A stretch of DNA of 64,000 nt from a virus, in the IMG/VR virus record IMGVR_UViG_3300045049_000125, positions 1-64,000 of that record, one strand, 5' to 3'. The notes under the pieces were generated by a model that was not told the DNA's origin, did no database searches, and saw nothing but the letters and a program-made list of their open reading frames with translations. Positions 10,464 through 19,457 of the stretch are shown in pieces (the stretch's first letter is position 1; each line of letters begins with the position of its first letter). Both the position numbers and the translations under genes were made by a program.

Positions 10464-10900
10464 CTACACAGCTCTCTCACTACTTCACGCTTGAGGAAAT
10501 GATCGCGAGCGATTACGCGCGCGTTCATGGAATCGACAACACGCCTCCGGAAGATGTGCTTTATAACTTGAAGCACAAGACGTGTTTCACGCTCGATTAC
10601 ATTCGGGAAATGCTCGGATGTCCGATTCACATTAACTCCGGCTATCGCTGCCCAGCGGTCAATGCCGGCGTTGGTGGCTCCCCGACATCCGCCCACACGC
10701 GCGGCCTTGCCGCCGACATTGTGGTTCCTGGGATGTCGCTGATGGACGTCTACAAGTCCATCCGGGATTCGCAAATCGCTTACGATCAGCTCATCTTCGA
10801 GAACACGTGGTTGCACATTGGCCTCGACGCTACCATGCGCCGCGAAAACCTCGTGATGTACCGCGAGAACGGTAAAACCCTCTACAAGCCAGGACCATAA
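10460..10900 (+). CDS. Endolysin, peptidase M15A family
   Basis: HYFTLEEM, INSGYRC..VN..VGG...SAH..GLAAD and WLHI zinc-peptidase motifs. Confidence 0.9.
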   Translation: MTTQLSHYFTLEEMIASDYARVHGIDNTPPEDVLYNLKHKTCFTLDYIREMLGCPIHINSGYRCPAVNAGVGGSPTSAHTRGLAADIVVPGMSLMDVYKSIRDSQIAYDQLIFENTWLHIGLDATMRRENLVMYRENGKTLYKPGP

Positions 10901-10902
10901 CC

Positions 10903-11085
10903 ATGTATTACCTTCAAATTGACGCTTTGCCGCGCGACGTGCATCCGGTTCCCGAGGACCAACTCGGTCGATTCATGGGATGCGGTATTGCCGACGCCGA
11001 AAGCGCGGCTCTTCAACTCGAATGGTGGGCCAAGCAAATTCGCGAAGACGCGAAAGACTTTACTCCCGGTCCTCATTGGGGATAA
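10903..11085 (+). CDS. Hypothetical protein
   Basis: 60-aa ORF with AGGA upstream; ends before the terminator. Confidence 0.5.
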   Translation: MYYLQIDALPRDVHPVPEDQLGRFMGCGIADAESAALQLEWWAKQIREDAKDFTPGPHWG

Positions 11086-11164
11086 TATCGCACCCGCGAC
11101 GCCTCGGACCGTTGCCAACGTGTACGCCATTGCACGTCCTCCCTGGGCTCAAGGATGAGCCATT

Positions 11165-11191
11165 AAAAACCCGCCTCACGGCGGGTTTTTT
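11165..11191. terminator. Bidirectional intrinsic terminator between convergent arms
   Basis: AAAAACCCGCC-tcac-GGCGGGTTTTTT. Confidence 0.85.
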
Positions 11192-11192
11192 C

Positions 11193-11798
11193 TTATGCGC
11201 ATTCGTCGCGGTTCTTCGCTAATCGCCTGCTCCATCCCTTTCCGAAGGTGCGCCAGTTCTTGGACGAGCGATAAGCAACCTCACGAAGGTCGTTGAGCAT
11301 CAAGCAGGCGCGATACCTGTCCGGGGCGGCTTTGGTGGCTTGCGCGACCCATGCGAGGCTGCGCGGGCCGTGCTGGACGTAGCTGTCAAAGGCTTGATAG
11401 GCGAGTTCGTCATTCCTGATTCGGGATGCTCCGCTGTTACGCCATAGTGATTCATAAATGAATCGCGCCACTTCGATAGGAAGGTCCGCCATGCGGCCTC
11501 GATATCCATAGTGTCGGGCTGTGGATTCAGTAATGCCAAATCGGGTCGGGCCACCCGGATCACGGGCGCGGTTAGCGAATCCGCCTTCGTGGGCGAGTAC
11601 ACGATTGATGCTCCTGTGCATAACGGCCGCTCTGCGAGCCGTCTCCGCCGCCATCAGGGCATCGAGCAAGTCCGGTGCGGCTTTGGGTAGAGTGACGGGC
11701 TGGGCGTTCTGTGGCGCTGCTACGGCGTGGTAAGGAAGGGTGGTGGCCCAGCCAAGGGCGAAGGTTACAACGGCGATGAGTGCGGCTCGGTGCCACAT
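11193..11798 (-). CDS. Secreted glycoside hydrolase family 108 lysozyme
   Basis: Start at MWHR after GGAGG; N-terminal signal-like segment; HEGG...DPGGPTRFGIT and FGKGWSRRL motifs. Confidence 0.85.
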   Translation of the reverse strand: MWHRAALIAVVTFALGWATTLPYHAVAAPQNAQPVTLPKAAPDLLDALMAAETARRAAVMHRSINRVLAHEGGFANRARDPGGPTRFGITESTARHYGYRGRMADLPIEVARFIYESLWRNSGASRIRNDELAYQAFDSYVQHGPRSLAWVAQATKAAPDRYRACLMLNDLREVAYRSSKNWRTFGKGWSRRLAKNRDECA

Positions 11799-11896
11799 AG
11801 TACGGTCCTCCGTGTCGAATGCATGGCCGAACATCGATCATGCGCGCGGCGGTGGGACTTCCTGTGAAGTCGCTTTGCCGAATGTGTGAATTCCCT

Positions 11897-11925
11897 TTGT
11901 AACGCTTTCAGTGCGGTATTGTCAA
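11897..11925 (-). promoter_or_regulatory. sigma70-like promoter
   Basis: TTGACA-N17-TTACAA followed by the CACACATTCGG leader. Confidence 0.55.
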
Positions 11926-11927
11926 CT

Positions 11928-12119
11928 TTATTTAAAATTAACATCTACAACTTGGGCGTCCAGCGCCCAATATTGCGACTGCCTTTCCGTTGGGAAATAG
12001 TAGGCCGCCGTGCGCAGGGTTGGCGCCACAACGCGCGGCGTGTCGGGGTTGTAGATCACGCCATTGAACGTGATGGACGATGCCAGAAAAACGGATTCAA
12101 GGAAGGGTTCGAGGATCAT
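11928..12119 (-). CDS. Hypothetical protein
   Basis: 63-aa ORF filling the gap in the minus-strand gene run. Confidence 0.45.
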   Translation of the reverse strand: MILEPFLESVFLASSITFNGVIYNPDTPRVVAPTLRTAAYYFPTERQSQYWALDAQVVDVNFK

Positions 12120-12126
12120 TCACCGC

Positions 12127-12930
12127 TCACTTGTCGCAGTGCTCGCGGTTATATTCGACGCTTCCCGGCGTAAGAGCGAAGCACAGATTGTAGTGGCGTT
12201 GCTGGTACTCGGAGAGCTGGTAAAGCGTGCCCACAACCATGCGACCATCGTACCCGCGCATCTGGTAGAGATTGCCGCCGATGGGTTGCGGCATGATTCC
12301 GTCGCTTTGCAGCTTAAGCACGTCGTCTTTGGTCAACTGCACCAGCTTGGAAGGGTCTTTATTAGCCGGGCGTACATTGGTGCGGTCGTACGTGGAAGGC
12401 TGACGCACGCGACTGACGTAGGAACATTTCTCGCGCTCGATCCACACGTATCGATTATGCGAGTCCGCAGGCTGCGCGTTTTCGCGAACGATGGTCACGG
12501 AATCGTTGATGGCCTCGACGGATGCGATGGCCGGCCCTGGCGCGGAAGTCTTAGCCGCTGCGCCAGTGGCTAATAGGCGGCCGAGCGCTTGCCCTACGCC
12601 AGCAAAGCTCTTGGCGGGGTCTTTGTAATTCGGATTCTCTTCCATCTGGCCGGAGACTCGGCATGTCTCCACGTACTCTTGGTCTAGCGGCAGCGGCGCC
12701 AACCCGGAACGCTTGGGAATGACGTGTTGGCCTTGCTCATTGACGACGATCACAGAGCGCGGACTATCTTGTCCTGCTATGGTAGTCGCCATTGCGCCGG
12801 CAATACTCGCGTCCTGTGCGTGGGCCGACTGGCTGCAACCAAGGATCAAGAGGGCTGTTGCGATGATCGACATTGCAAACGTTCGCCAGAAAAGCATGGC
12901 GTACGTGGAGGTGTGGCAGTTGCAGGTCAT
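12127..12930 (-). CDS. Exported or lipoprotein-like hypothetical protein
   Basis: Hydrophobic N-terminus ending in LILGC / AHA-QD; AGGA RBS. Confidence 0.6.
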   Translation of the reverse strand: MTCNCHTSTYAMLFWRTFAMSIIATALLILGCSQSAHAQDASIAGAMATTIAGQDSPRSVIVVNEQGQHVIPKRSGLAPLPLDQEYVETCRVSGQMEENPNYKDPAKSFAGVGQALGRLLATGAAAKTSAPGPAIASVEAINDSVTIVRENAQPADSHNRYVWIEREKCSYVSRVRQPSTYDRTNVRPANKDPSKLVQLTKDDVLKLQSDGIMPQPIGGNLYQMRGYDGRMVVGTLYQLSEYQQRHYNLCFALTPGSVEYNREHCDK

Positions 12931-12972
12931 GGCCGTGCGTCCTATGAAAGGGTGAATGTGAAAACGGGGCCG

Positions 12973-13001
12973 ATTATGGCCCCGTTCGTATTACCAGTCA
13001 A
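12973..13001 (-). promoter_or_regulatory. sigma70-like promoter with -10 inside an inverted repeat
   Basis: TTGACT-N17-CATAAT; ACGGGGCC...GGCCCCGT flanks the -10. Confidence 0.7.
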
Positions 13002-13006
13002 GCGAT

Positions 13007-13192
13007 TTAAAACAGCTCGGGATGGCGCTCTTTCAGCGTGCGTTCAAACTGTTCAAACGCTTGCTGGGCGGGAAGGGTGTTTCGCCCGTTAGCAACGCGC
13101 CCCTGCTTCCACAACTCATCCCGGAGCTTGTTCAGGTCCATCTTGATGGCCTTCACCCGAGCGAAGTCCGTGTCGTTGCCGGTCACTCGCAT
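13007..13192 (-). CDS. Hypothetical protein
   Basis: 61-aa ORF overlapping the upstream stop codon. Confidence 0.5.
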   Translation of the reverse strand: MRVTGNDTDFARVKAIKMDLNKLRDELWKQGRVANGRNTLPAQQAFEQFERTLKERHPELF

Positions 13193-14181
13193 TCGACGGC
13201 TCCATCTTCCGGTACGTACCAGCCCAAGACTTCGGTCATGGCCTCGTCCAGTTCGTCGCCATAGCGAAGCGCTTCCTCGTCACCGGTAGCGCGATCCGCT
13301 TCATCAAGAAGCTCACGAATCACGAAAGGATGGCCGTCTTCAACGTCCGACGTGTTGCGCAGGGCACGATAGGCGGCGGCTTCCCAGGCAATGCGCGGGT
13401 TCCACTCGTTCAGGACCTCTTCCACGTGTTCCGGAAGCGCCGGTTGCATGACTTCGACAAGCGTTGCCTTTAGGGCATCGGCCATCGTCGCAAACGTCAC
13501 CTCGGATTCCTGTGGGATGGTCCAGGGCGTACGGGCGAGGACGCTCATACCCGCATCGCCCAGCGTCTTTTCGGCGACAAGCGCCATGAAGCGGTCCCCA
13601 AGATCGTTGAGCTTTTGGTGCAGCTCACCAATGGTTTGATCCCGTGCCCACAGATAGCGTTCGAGGTTGCTTGCCCGGCGTTCGGCGTCGTTGCGCTCGT
13701 CCACAATGCGGGCAAGCGCCTTTTCCGCTTTCATTGCCCGCTCATGCCAGCCTTTCAGAACGTTCACCAGCGCCTCAGCCGCTTCCGCGCTCTTGCCCAA
13801 CCGTTCGACTTCGGCTTGCGCGATGTCCAGGCGGTTTTGCAACGCTTCGCCCTCGGCTGTCAGCGATTCAATGCGCTTATTCTTGGCGTCCAGGAGATCG
13901 ATAAGGTTGCGATTTTGATCGCCAAGAACCTTCACCGAATTCTCGGCGGCAATCGCGCGTGCCATGGCATGCTCGACAGCCATGTCACCGATTGTGTGGA
14001 TGTACGGAGATGACTGCAACTCCATTTTAAAATCGATGGTAGTTCCCGTTAGAACCCAACCTGCCGATCGGATAGCCGGATGGTTGTGAAGTGCCCATGC
14101 GATTTTTTCCAGCATTTGAATGGTGAGTTCCTCGGTCGGAACAGGCCGGTCGATGGTGATTTGAATCTCATTCAGAGACAT
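13183..14181 (-). CDS. Coiled-coil hypothetical protein
   Basis: Long heptad-like central region; start reassigned to MSLNE. Confidence 0.6.
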   Translation of the reverse strand: MSLNEIQITIDRPVPTEELTIQMLEKIAWALHNHPAIRSAGWVLTGTTIDFKMELQSSPYIHTIGDMAVEHAMARAIAAENSVKVLGDQNRNLIDLLDAKNKRIESLTAEGEALQNRLDIAQAEVERLGKSAEAAEALVNVLKGWHERAMKAEKALARIVDERNDAERRASNLERYLWARDQTIGELHQKLNDLGDRFMALVAEKTLGDAGMSVLARTPWTIPQESEVTFATMADALKATLVEVMQPALPEHVEEVLNEWNPRIAWEAAAYRALRNTSDVEDGHPFVIRELLDEADRATGDEEALRYGDELDEAMTEVLGWYVPEDGAVECE

Positions 14182-14563
14182 TTTCCGGTTCCTTGTAGTT
14201 CGGCGTTGGGTTGGCAATTTCTTCTTCGATCATGCGATCTACTGCGCGCAGTCGCTTGGCCGATTCCTGTTCGATTTCATACCGCATGGCCTTCAAGGCT
14301 AGCAGGCGAGTGCTGAACAGCGACCGAGGTTGTTGCGAGGACACGTGATCCCAGCCAAACCCGTGGTAAATGGATGAGGAACACGCCTTCTCCGTGGTGC
14401 CGCGATAGGTGTTGAAATCCCATCCGTGAGTGAGAGACGGCCCCGAGCGCTCGTAGCTGTTGAGCGGCGGCGCAAGATCACGCGGTACCGGGCTTGTGGA
14501 GCGCAAAGCCGAGGCGGTCAAAGCCGCCTCAAACCGTGCTTGCTCTTTCTTGGTCATCGCCAC
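14168..14563 (-). CDS. Hypothetical protein
   Basis: 131-aa ORF in the tightly packed run. Confidence 0.6.
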   Translation of the reverse strand: MAMTKKEQARFEAALTASALRSTSPVPRDLAPPLNSYERSGPSLTHGWDFNTYRGTTEKACSSSIYHGFGWDHVSSQQPRSLFSTRLLALKAMRYEIEQESAKRLRAVDRMIEEEIANPTPNYKEPENVSE

Positions 14564-14566
14564 GAG

Positions 14567-14752
14567 TTAGCCCTCACCTTTGATTTCCTGAATGTCAGTC
14601 GGACCGTTGAAGACGAGCCATTTACCGGTCTCGCTGTCGATGACGTAATACTCGTCACACTCGGCGAATTGCAGTGCGAGGACTTCGTTGTTGGTGCCTT
14701 TGACGCAGCCGTCGAACTGGTCAACGATGATGAAGCGGAACGGAAGAGCCAT
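14567..14752 (-). CDS. Hypothetical protein
   Basis: Start MALPF after GAGG, downstream of the promoter at 14785-14813. Confidence 0.55.
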   Translation of the reverse strand: MALPFRFIIVDQFDGCVKGTNNEVLALQFAECDEYYVIDSETGKWLVFNGPTDIQEIKGEG

Positions 14753-14784
14753 TTTTAAAACCTCGGATGATGTTGTGTTGCGCG

Positions 14785-14813
14785 AGTGTATTACAAAGAA
14801 ATACAGTTGTCTA
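14785..14813 (-). promoter_or_regulatory. sigma70-like promoter
   Basis: TAGACA-N17-TACACT. Confidence 0.65.
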
Positions 14814-14984
14814 GTTCGGAATTTCCACAACCCACAGCCGTGGCCCTTGCCATGCGTAAAAGCCTTCGTCATCGAATTCCGCTACGTATTTCAGGGCTTC
14901 GTCATAGGTGATGCACCCGTGCCCTATAACCTCCCGTGGCGCACCTAACAGAATATGTGACGCCATGATTTTGAATTTCATGGC

Positions 14985-15524
14985 TTAGTCCTGCCAACTC
15001 GGGTAATCCGAGCATTCGATGTGCTGAATTTCTCCGCTGGTCAGCGGAATGACCTTACGTGGTTCCGGTGGATGGTCGGGCATCGGACGAGGCGGCGCAG
15101 GATGCGCCTGACGAGGCTTCGGCGTCTCGTCAATCACTACCACATCCATTCCCAGGCTCGCAGCGCGGCGGCGCAGGTCTTCAAGGTCACGCAGCTTACG
15201 CGCAGCCTCGTCGCTCTTTGTCTGTTTGTTCACATAGGCAATTAGCGCGGCACGCCAATCCGAATCAAGAAAGATATTCGCGGGAAAGATGAAGTCCTCG
15301 CTCTCTCCACCAAACAGTTCTACCTGCACAAGGATTTTGTTTCCGGAAATACGGACGTTTTCAATCTGCCACGCCCCAAGAACACGAATTTCCGAAGGAT
15401 AAATTGCCGTGAGTCGGCGATACTCGTTCACTATAGGAACAATAGCTATTGCCAAAGCGCTTAGCGCAGTCTCGGCAACGTGCTTCTTGCTTTCAAAATC
15501 TTGAATCAACTCAAGAGTATTCAT
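14985..15524 (-). CDS. Hypothetical protein
   Basis: 179 aa, GAGG RBS, Pro-rich C-terminus. Confidence 0.6.
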   Translation of the reverse strand: MNTLELIQDFESKKHVAETALSALAIAIVPIVNEYRRLTAIYPSEIRVLGAWQIENVRISGNKILVQVELFGGESEDFIFPANIFLDSDWRAALIAYVNKQTKSDEAARKLRDLEDLRRRAASLGMDVVVIDETPKPRQAHPAPPRPMPDHPPEPRKVIPLTSGEIQHIECSDYPSWQD

Positions 15525-15687
15525 TTAAAACCTCACTCGGCAAGTTTGTATGTACTAAGAACGAACAAGGAAAAACCGATCACCATGAGAACAAGCCTTG
15601 TTTCCATGTGACCGGGCGGCATCAGCAGTGCTGGACCTAGGCATACCAAGTAGCTTAGAACCATCAACAGGAATCGATAGCGGCGTT

Positions 15688-16005
15688 TCACAAGGTAAGC
15701 CCCAGCGCTCGCGCGATGGAATGGCATACCAAGTCGTAGCCGTCCAGTAAGCCCGCGTGATAGTCGTTCTCAATGCGGAATCGCTTGGACAAATCCCGAA
15801 GCTCCACGAGAAGCCCGTTTTGCCATCCGGCACGGAGTGGGATGTTCGTGTCAGCCCACCACTTCACGTGTTCAGCGCATTCCAAAACGCCATCGTAAAG
15901 CCCGTGGATGAAATCGCTACGGTTTATCGCTACCGGGCCGGGAATGCCCTCCCGGTAGACGCGCGTTGCATCACGGATAACCTGATGCAAATCGACTGTG
16001 CTCAT
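15688..16005 (-). CDS. Hypothetical protein
   Basis: 105 aa, ATGA-coupled. Confidence 0.55.
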   Translation of the reverse strand: MSTVDLHQVIRDATRVYREGIPGPVAINRSDFIHGLYDGVLECAEHVKWWADTNIPLRAGWQNGLLVELRDLSKRFRIENDYHAGLLDGYDLVCHSIARALGLTL

Positions 16006-16217
16006 TTGATGCGGTCCTTAAGAAGTTCGTAAGCCTGTTCGAGGTCTTCGGCGGCGTCTTTCAAATCGTCGCCGGCGAGGATCATTCCTCGATCAGCTTG
16101 GGCACGCATGATGCGCGCACGCAGGGACAAGATGGACAGAGCGGATTCCACGGGATCGGTGTGGACGGGCTGAATCATTGAGGTTTCCATGTCAATACGG
16201 AATGAAGTCTTGACCAT
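16002..16217 (-). CDS. Hypothetical protein
   Basis: 71 aa in the packed run. Confidence 0.5.
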   Translation of the reverse strand: MVKTSFRIDMETSMIQPVHTDPVESALSILSLRARIMRAQADRGMILAGDDLKDAAEDLEQAYELLKDRIK

Positions 16218-16518
16218 GGCCTAGCGGATCGTCTTCGGCCATAGCCTCATTGTACATACGTTCCAGCTCTTCGCGTCGAATGCTGTCACGCTGCGACTCA
16301 ATAATCGCCTTTGCGTTCGCAAAGTCAACCACTCGCGCATTGTTGTGTTTGAAGCGCGACAGGGCCGCGAGCGCCGTCCCCTTGTGGCGATAGCACAGCA
16401 CGATTTCGGGACGGTCGGAGGTCCACCAGACCGAATTGTCAAGATTTCGGTCCACAAGCGCGAGAGTATCCACGCCAAGGGATTGCCCTCGGCGTGCGTC
16501 GCAGATGATTGCGTACAT
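16192..16518 (-). CDS. Hypothetical protein
   Basis: 108 aa, GAGG RBS. Confidence 0.55.
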   Translation of the reverse strand: MYAIICDARRGQSLGVDTLALVDRNLDNSVWWTSDRPEIVLCYRHKGTALAALSRFKHNNARVVDFANAKAIIESQRDSIRREELERMYNEAMAEDDPLGHGQDFIPY

Positions 16519-16531
16519 TTAAAACCTCTTG

Positions 16532-16801
16532 TTATTCGGAATCCCAGCCCATCGCAAGAGCCAGTTGTTTCACGGCCGCGCGGCTGTCATCGTTGTCGCG
16601 GATGTAGCCAAGGTTTGGAAGGTTGCCCATTCGCCACAGAAGCAATTCGCCCGCTGCTGCACGCAGCGCGTTCAGCTCTTGAAGGACGGTTTGCGCCTCG
16701 TCGGGCGTCAGGATCGCACAACCGACGTAATGACCATCCCGTGGGAAGTTAATGGCATTTTCGAGGATGTTCCGGGCGGCGCTCATAGGACGCGCACCCA
16801 A
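16532..16801 (-). CDS. Hypothetical protein
   Basis: 89-aa ORF; likely start at MSAAR, overlapping the upstream stop. Confidence 0.5.
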   Translation of the reverse strand: MGARPMSAARNILENAINFPRDGHYVGCAILTPDEAQTVLQELNALRAAAGELLLWRMGNLPNLGYIRDNDDSRAAVKQLALAMGWDSE

Positions 16802-16992
16802 TGGAAGCCGTCCGCGTCCTCGTAGTGGCCGCCCGGCTCAAGGCAACGTACACGCGGAAGCTCGTCGTCAGGAAGGAAGGAGGGAAGGTTATTGTCAGAA
16901 ATGGCGCGCCAATCGTCGCCTGCCTGAACCCGGCGCGCTTCGTGAAGCGCGCGATCTAGGGTATCACTGAGAACGTAAATTGCATCTTTCAT
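16783..16992 (-). CDS. Hypothetical protein
   Basis: 69 aa in the packed run. Confidence 0.5.
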   Translation of the reverse strand: MKDAIYVLSDTLDRALHEARRVQAGDDWRAISDNNLPSFLPDDELPRVRCLEPGGHYEDADGFHWVRVL

Positions 16993-17019
16993 GATTGTGA
17001 GCCTGTGTGGATTGAGGGT

Positions 17020-17244
17020 TTAGATCGTGATGCCGTACTCAACGAAGTCGCGCGCGGCCTCGGTCGGAACATAGCACGTGCCGTAATCGCTATCTTCCCG
17101 CTTGAGGTAACCCATGCGGATCAGCTTGTTGATTGTGCGGCGCGCGCTCAGGTAACCGGTGAAATGGCTATCCATGGAGAAGGCAAAGCCCGTGCGGACG
17201 GCAACGTTGATGGTCTTGACTTCGATCTTGGTCAACTTGTTCAT
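17020..17244 (-). CDS. Hypothetical protein (possible winged-helix)
   Basis: Start MNKLT after CACACATTCGGAG; RTINKLIRMGYL motif. Confidence 0.55.
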   Translation of the reverse strand: MNKLTKIEVKTINVAVRTGFAFSMDSHFTGYLSARRTINKLIRMGYLKREDSDYGTCYVPTEAARDFVEYGITI

Positions 17245-17275
17245 TTCGTACTCCGAATGTGTGTTAGGTGTGAGA

Positions 17276-17303
17276 ATCATACACCCTAATTTGAAACTGT
17301 CAA
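17276..17303 (-). promoter_or_regulatory. sigma70-like promoter
   Basis: TTGACA-N16-TATGAT. Confidence 0.7.
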
Positions 17304-17424
17304 GCGATGGATAGCACTACTTCGCTATATCCGCTTTCCAACTTCCATTTTGCGAATGCGGCAGCGTTGACCCAATCGTCAAAAACTTGTGAACTGTTGT
17401 CCCAAGACACTTTCCACTTTTTGT

Positions 17425-17652
17425 TCATGATCGTTCGTCCAATGAGTGTTCTTTGTCGCATTGTCGCATAGCCTTATCCATGGTTCTATGCGTAACGATA
17501 GTTCCCGGCGCCCATGTCGTTCCTGAACGACGATACGCGGCCGAATGCCATACCCCATTGATCTTCCACACGTAATAACGGTGGTCTTCATCCGGAACGG
17601 CAATGTTCATCCGGTATTTATCCGGAGGGACAGGCTTAAATTGAAGCTCCAT
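17425..17652 (-). CDS. Hypothetical protein
   Basis: Start MELQF after AAGGTG. Confidence 0.5.
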   Translation of the reverse strand: MELQFKPVPPDKYRMNIAVPDEDHRYYVWKINGVWHSAAYRRSGTTWAPGTIVTHRTMDKAMRQCDKEHSLDERS

Positions 17653-17669
17653 TCTTACACCTTGGTTAT

Positions 17670-17697
17670 AAAAAGGGCGGCACACGGCCGCCCTTTT
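17670..17697. terminator. Intrinsic terminator downstream of the YadA-like gene
   Basis: AAAAAGGGCGGC-acacg-GCCGCCCTTTT. Confidence 0.8.
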
Positions 17698-17719
17698 AGA
17701 TTACATCAGTGCTATTCAA

Positions 17720-18799
17720 TTACCAAGCGTACCCGGCCGAAACCTTGACCGCGAGGTGATGCCCGAACCCATAGGAATCGGACAGCGCTCGGCTGATGCC
17801 TCCACCGATGTTGAACTGTTCGTTGACCTGATAGCCGAACGCCAGACCCATGGCCGAGGCGCCATTGAACGATCCGAAGCCGCCGCCCACCCACTTCTGA
17901 CCAGGAGCCAGTTGCGGAACCTGCGGAATCGCCATGGCCTGCGCCGTGCCGATGCTGGCGAAGCGAATGGCCTTGGTCAGGCCGGCGGCCACCTGTCGAT
18001 CAGTGTAGGCGTTCGCCCAATTCAGGGTCTCAGCGGATGCGGACGCCACGCGGCTGTCGGTATATGCGGACGCGCTGGCGACGGCCGAGGCAGTTGCAGC
18101 AGTGGTCGCTGCGTTCAGTTGGTCCACGGTAACGGCGTCCGGAGCATTCTGACCTGCCGGACCCTGCGGACCTGCGGGGCCTTGCGGGCCGGTATCGCCC
18201 TTGGGGCCAGCCACGCCGGACTGCGCCAGAATATCCACGCGGGTCGAAAGCGCCGAAACCTGCGAACTCAGACCATTGAACTGAGCCATGTTCACGGCGT
18301 CACCATCATTGATGCCGGCGGCCACGTGGATCAGGCGCCGGTCACCGTACGTTGTGGAACCGAAAGATACGACATTGGACAATCCGTCATCGGACGATCC
18401 GAAACCGAACACGCCAGACATGGTGCCACTGGCCCAATTGAATGCGCCCACCGATGTGGTGTAATCGCCCGTGGCGCTCGACTTGTAGCCGATAGCCGAG
18501 CGGTACGCTTCGCCGGCATCATGCGCAGTGGTGCTGATCGTACCGGTATAGGCATACGCGCCCAGGGCGGTATCGCCCCGACCGATGGCCCATGCGGAAT
18601 AGCCGACTGCCGTGCCGTAGTCGCCGGCCTTGGCGATGCGTGGTCGCGTGACGCCATCCGGGCCAGTAACGTTCATGGTGGGCGTGCTGGCGCCGATGGC
18701 GACAGACTGCGGAGTGGTGGGAAAACCTACCGGAATGGTCTGAGCGAACGCGCCCAGGGCCACGAAGGCCATGACTACGGAAAAGAGAATGCGTTTCAT
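17720..18799 (-). CDS. YadA-like trimeric autotransporter adhesin with collagen-like stalk insert
   Basis: Signal peptide (AFA-Q); head repeats (TAVG/TALG/SAIG); neck RRLIHVAAG..D.DAVN..Q; GPK/GPQ/GPA triplets; beta-barrel anchor ending in VSAGYAW. Confidence 0.9.
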   Translation of the reverse strand: MKRILFSVVMAFVALGAFAQTIPVGFPTTPQSVAIGASTPTMNVTGPDGVTRPRIAKAGDYGTAVGYSAWAIGRGDTALGAYAYTGTISTTAHDAGEAYRSAIGYKSSATGDYTTSVGAFNWASGTMSGVFGFGSSDDGLSNVVSFGSTTYGDRRLIHVAAGINDGDAVNMAQFNGLSSQVSALSTRVDILAQSGVAGPKGDTGPQGPAGPQGPAGQNAPDAVTVDQLNAATTAATASAVASASAYTDSRVASASAETLNWANAYTDRQVAAGLTKAIRFASIGTAQAMAIPQVPQLAPGQKWVGGGFGSFNGASAMGLAFGYQVNEQFNIGGGISRALSDSYGFGHHLAVKVSAGYAW

Positions 18800-18884
18800 G
18801 TGCGATTCCTCGATGGTTGGTAATGGAAGGTGTTGCGGCTCTTTTATACATCACCTTTGCTGAACGCCAGCCTACTGTTTTAAA

Positions 18885-19151
18885 TCACAGACTTGACATA
18901 AAGCCCGACAGGTCAACGCCATAGGTCTTGATGGCGCAGACATGGATTTTCTCCGGCCGGCTGCGCCGCGAAGGCTCGAACAGACGCCATGCGCCGTCCT
19001 CACGTTGACCCCACACCAATCCCGCCTTTCCACAGCGTTGGCAGACGAGATATTGCGGCTCTTCGTCGTATTGGTCGTCAGCGTATGGGATGCCGCATGC
19101 GCGGTCGATCATGCGATCAACGAAGAAATCGGCCCAATCACCCATCACCAA
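18885..19151 (-). CDS. Small Zn-ribbon hypothetical protein
   Basis: CQRCG...HVC. Confidence 0.5.
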   Translation of the reverse strand: MVMGDWADFFVDRMIDRACGIPYADDQYDEEPQYLVCQRCGKAGLVWGQREDGAWRLFEPSRRSRPEKIHVCAIKTYGVDLSGFMSSL

Positions 19152-19291
19152 CCCGCCTCATAGCCGGAGCCGTCGCATTCGGGACACTCCACGAAGTCAT
19201 CTTCGTCTTCATCCCAAATCTCGCCCGTTCCTTCGCAGATTTCGCAAAGCTCGTAGTCCCCTTCGCACAACCCACAGTAGCACTTAGCCAT
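19145..19291 (-). CDS. Small DnaJ-type zinc-finger peptide, missed by the ORF track
   Basis: 48 aa: MAKCYCGLCEG...CEICEGTG...CPECDGSG; AAGGA RBS. Confidence 0.55.
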   Translation of the reverse strand: MAKCYCGLCEGDYELCEICEGTGEIWDEDEDDFVECPECDGSGYEAGW

Positions 19292-19457
19292 GGTCAAATT
19301 CCTTGTTTTGAAGCGTAGTTGCCAAAACTGGCGTACTGATGCGGACGTTTCTTTTTCGTCGTCAGCGCGTTGCCGCCGGCCACCTTGTCTTTGCGAAGCT
19401 CCCAGGACAAGCGATTGGCTTCACGCCAGGGGTTAACCTTCTTCGGCTTGGCATCCA

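Noticed and set aside
17756-18823. 355-aa plus-strand ORF antisense to the YadA-like gene
   Set aside because: Shadow ORF caused by GC-rich codon bias; no motifs, and the opposite strand has a clear protein.
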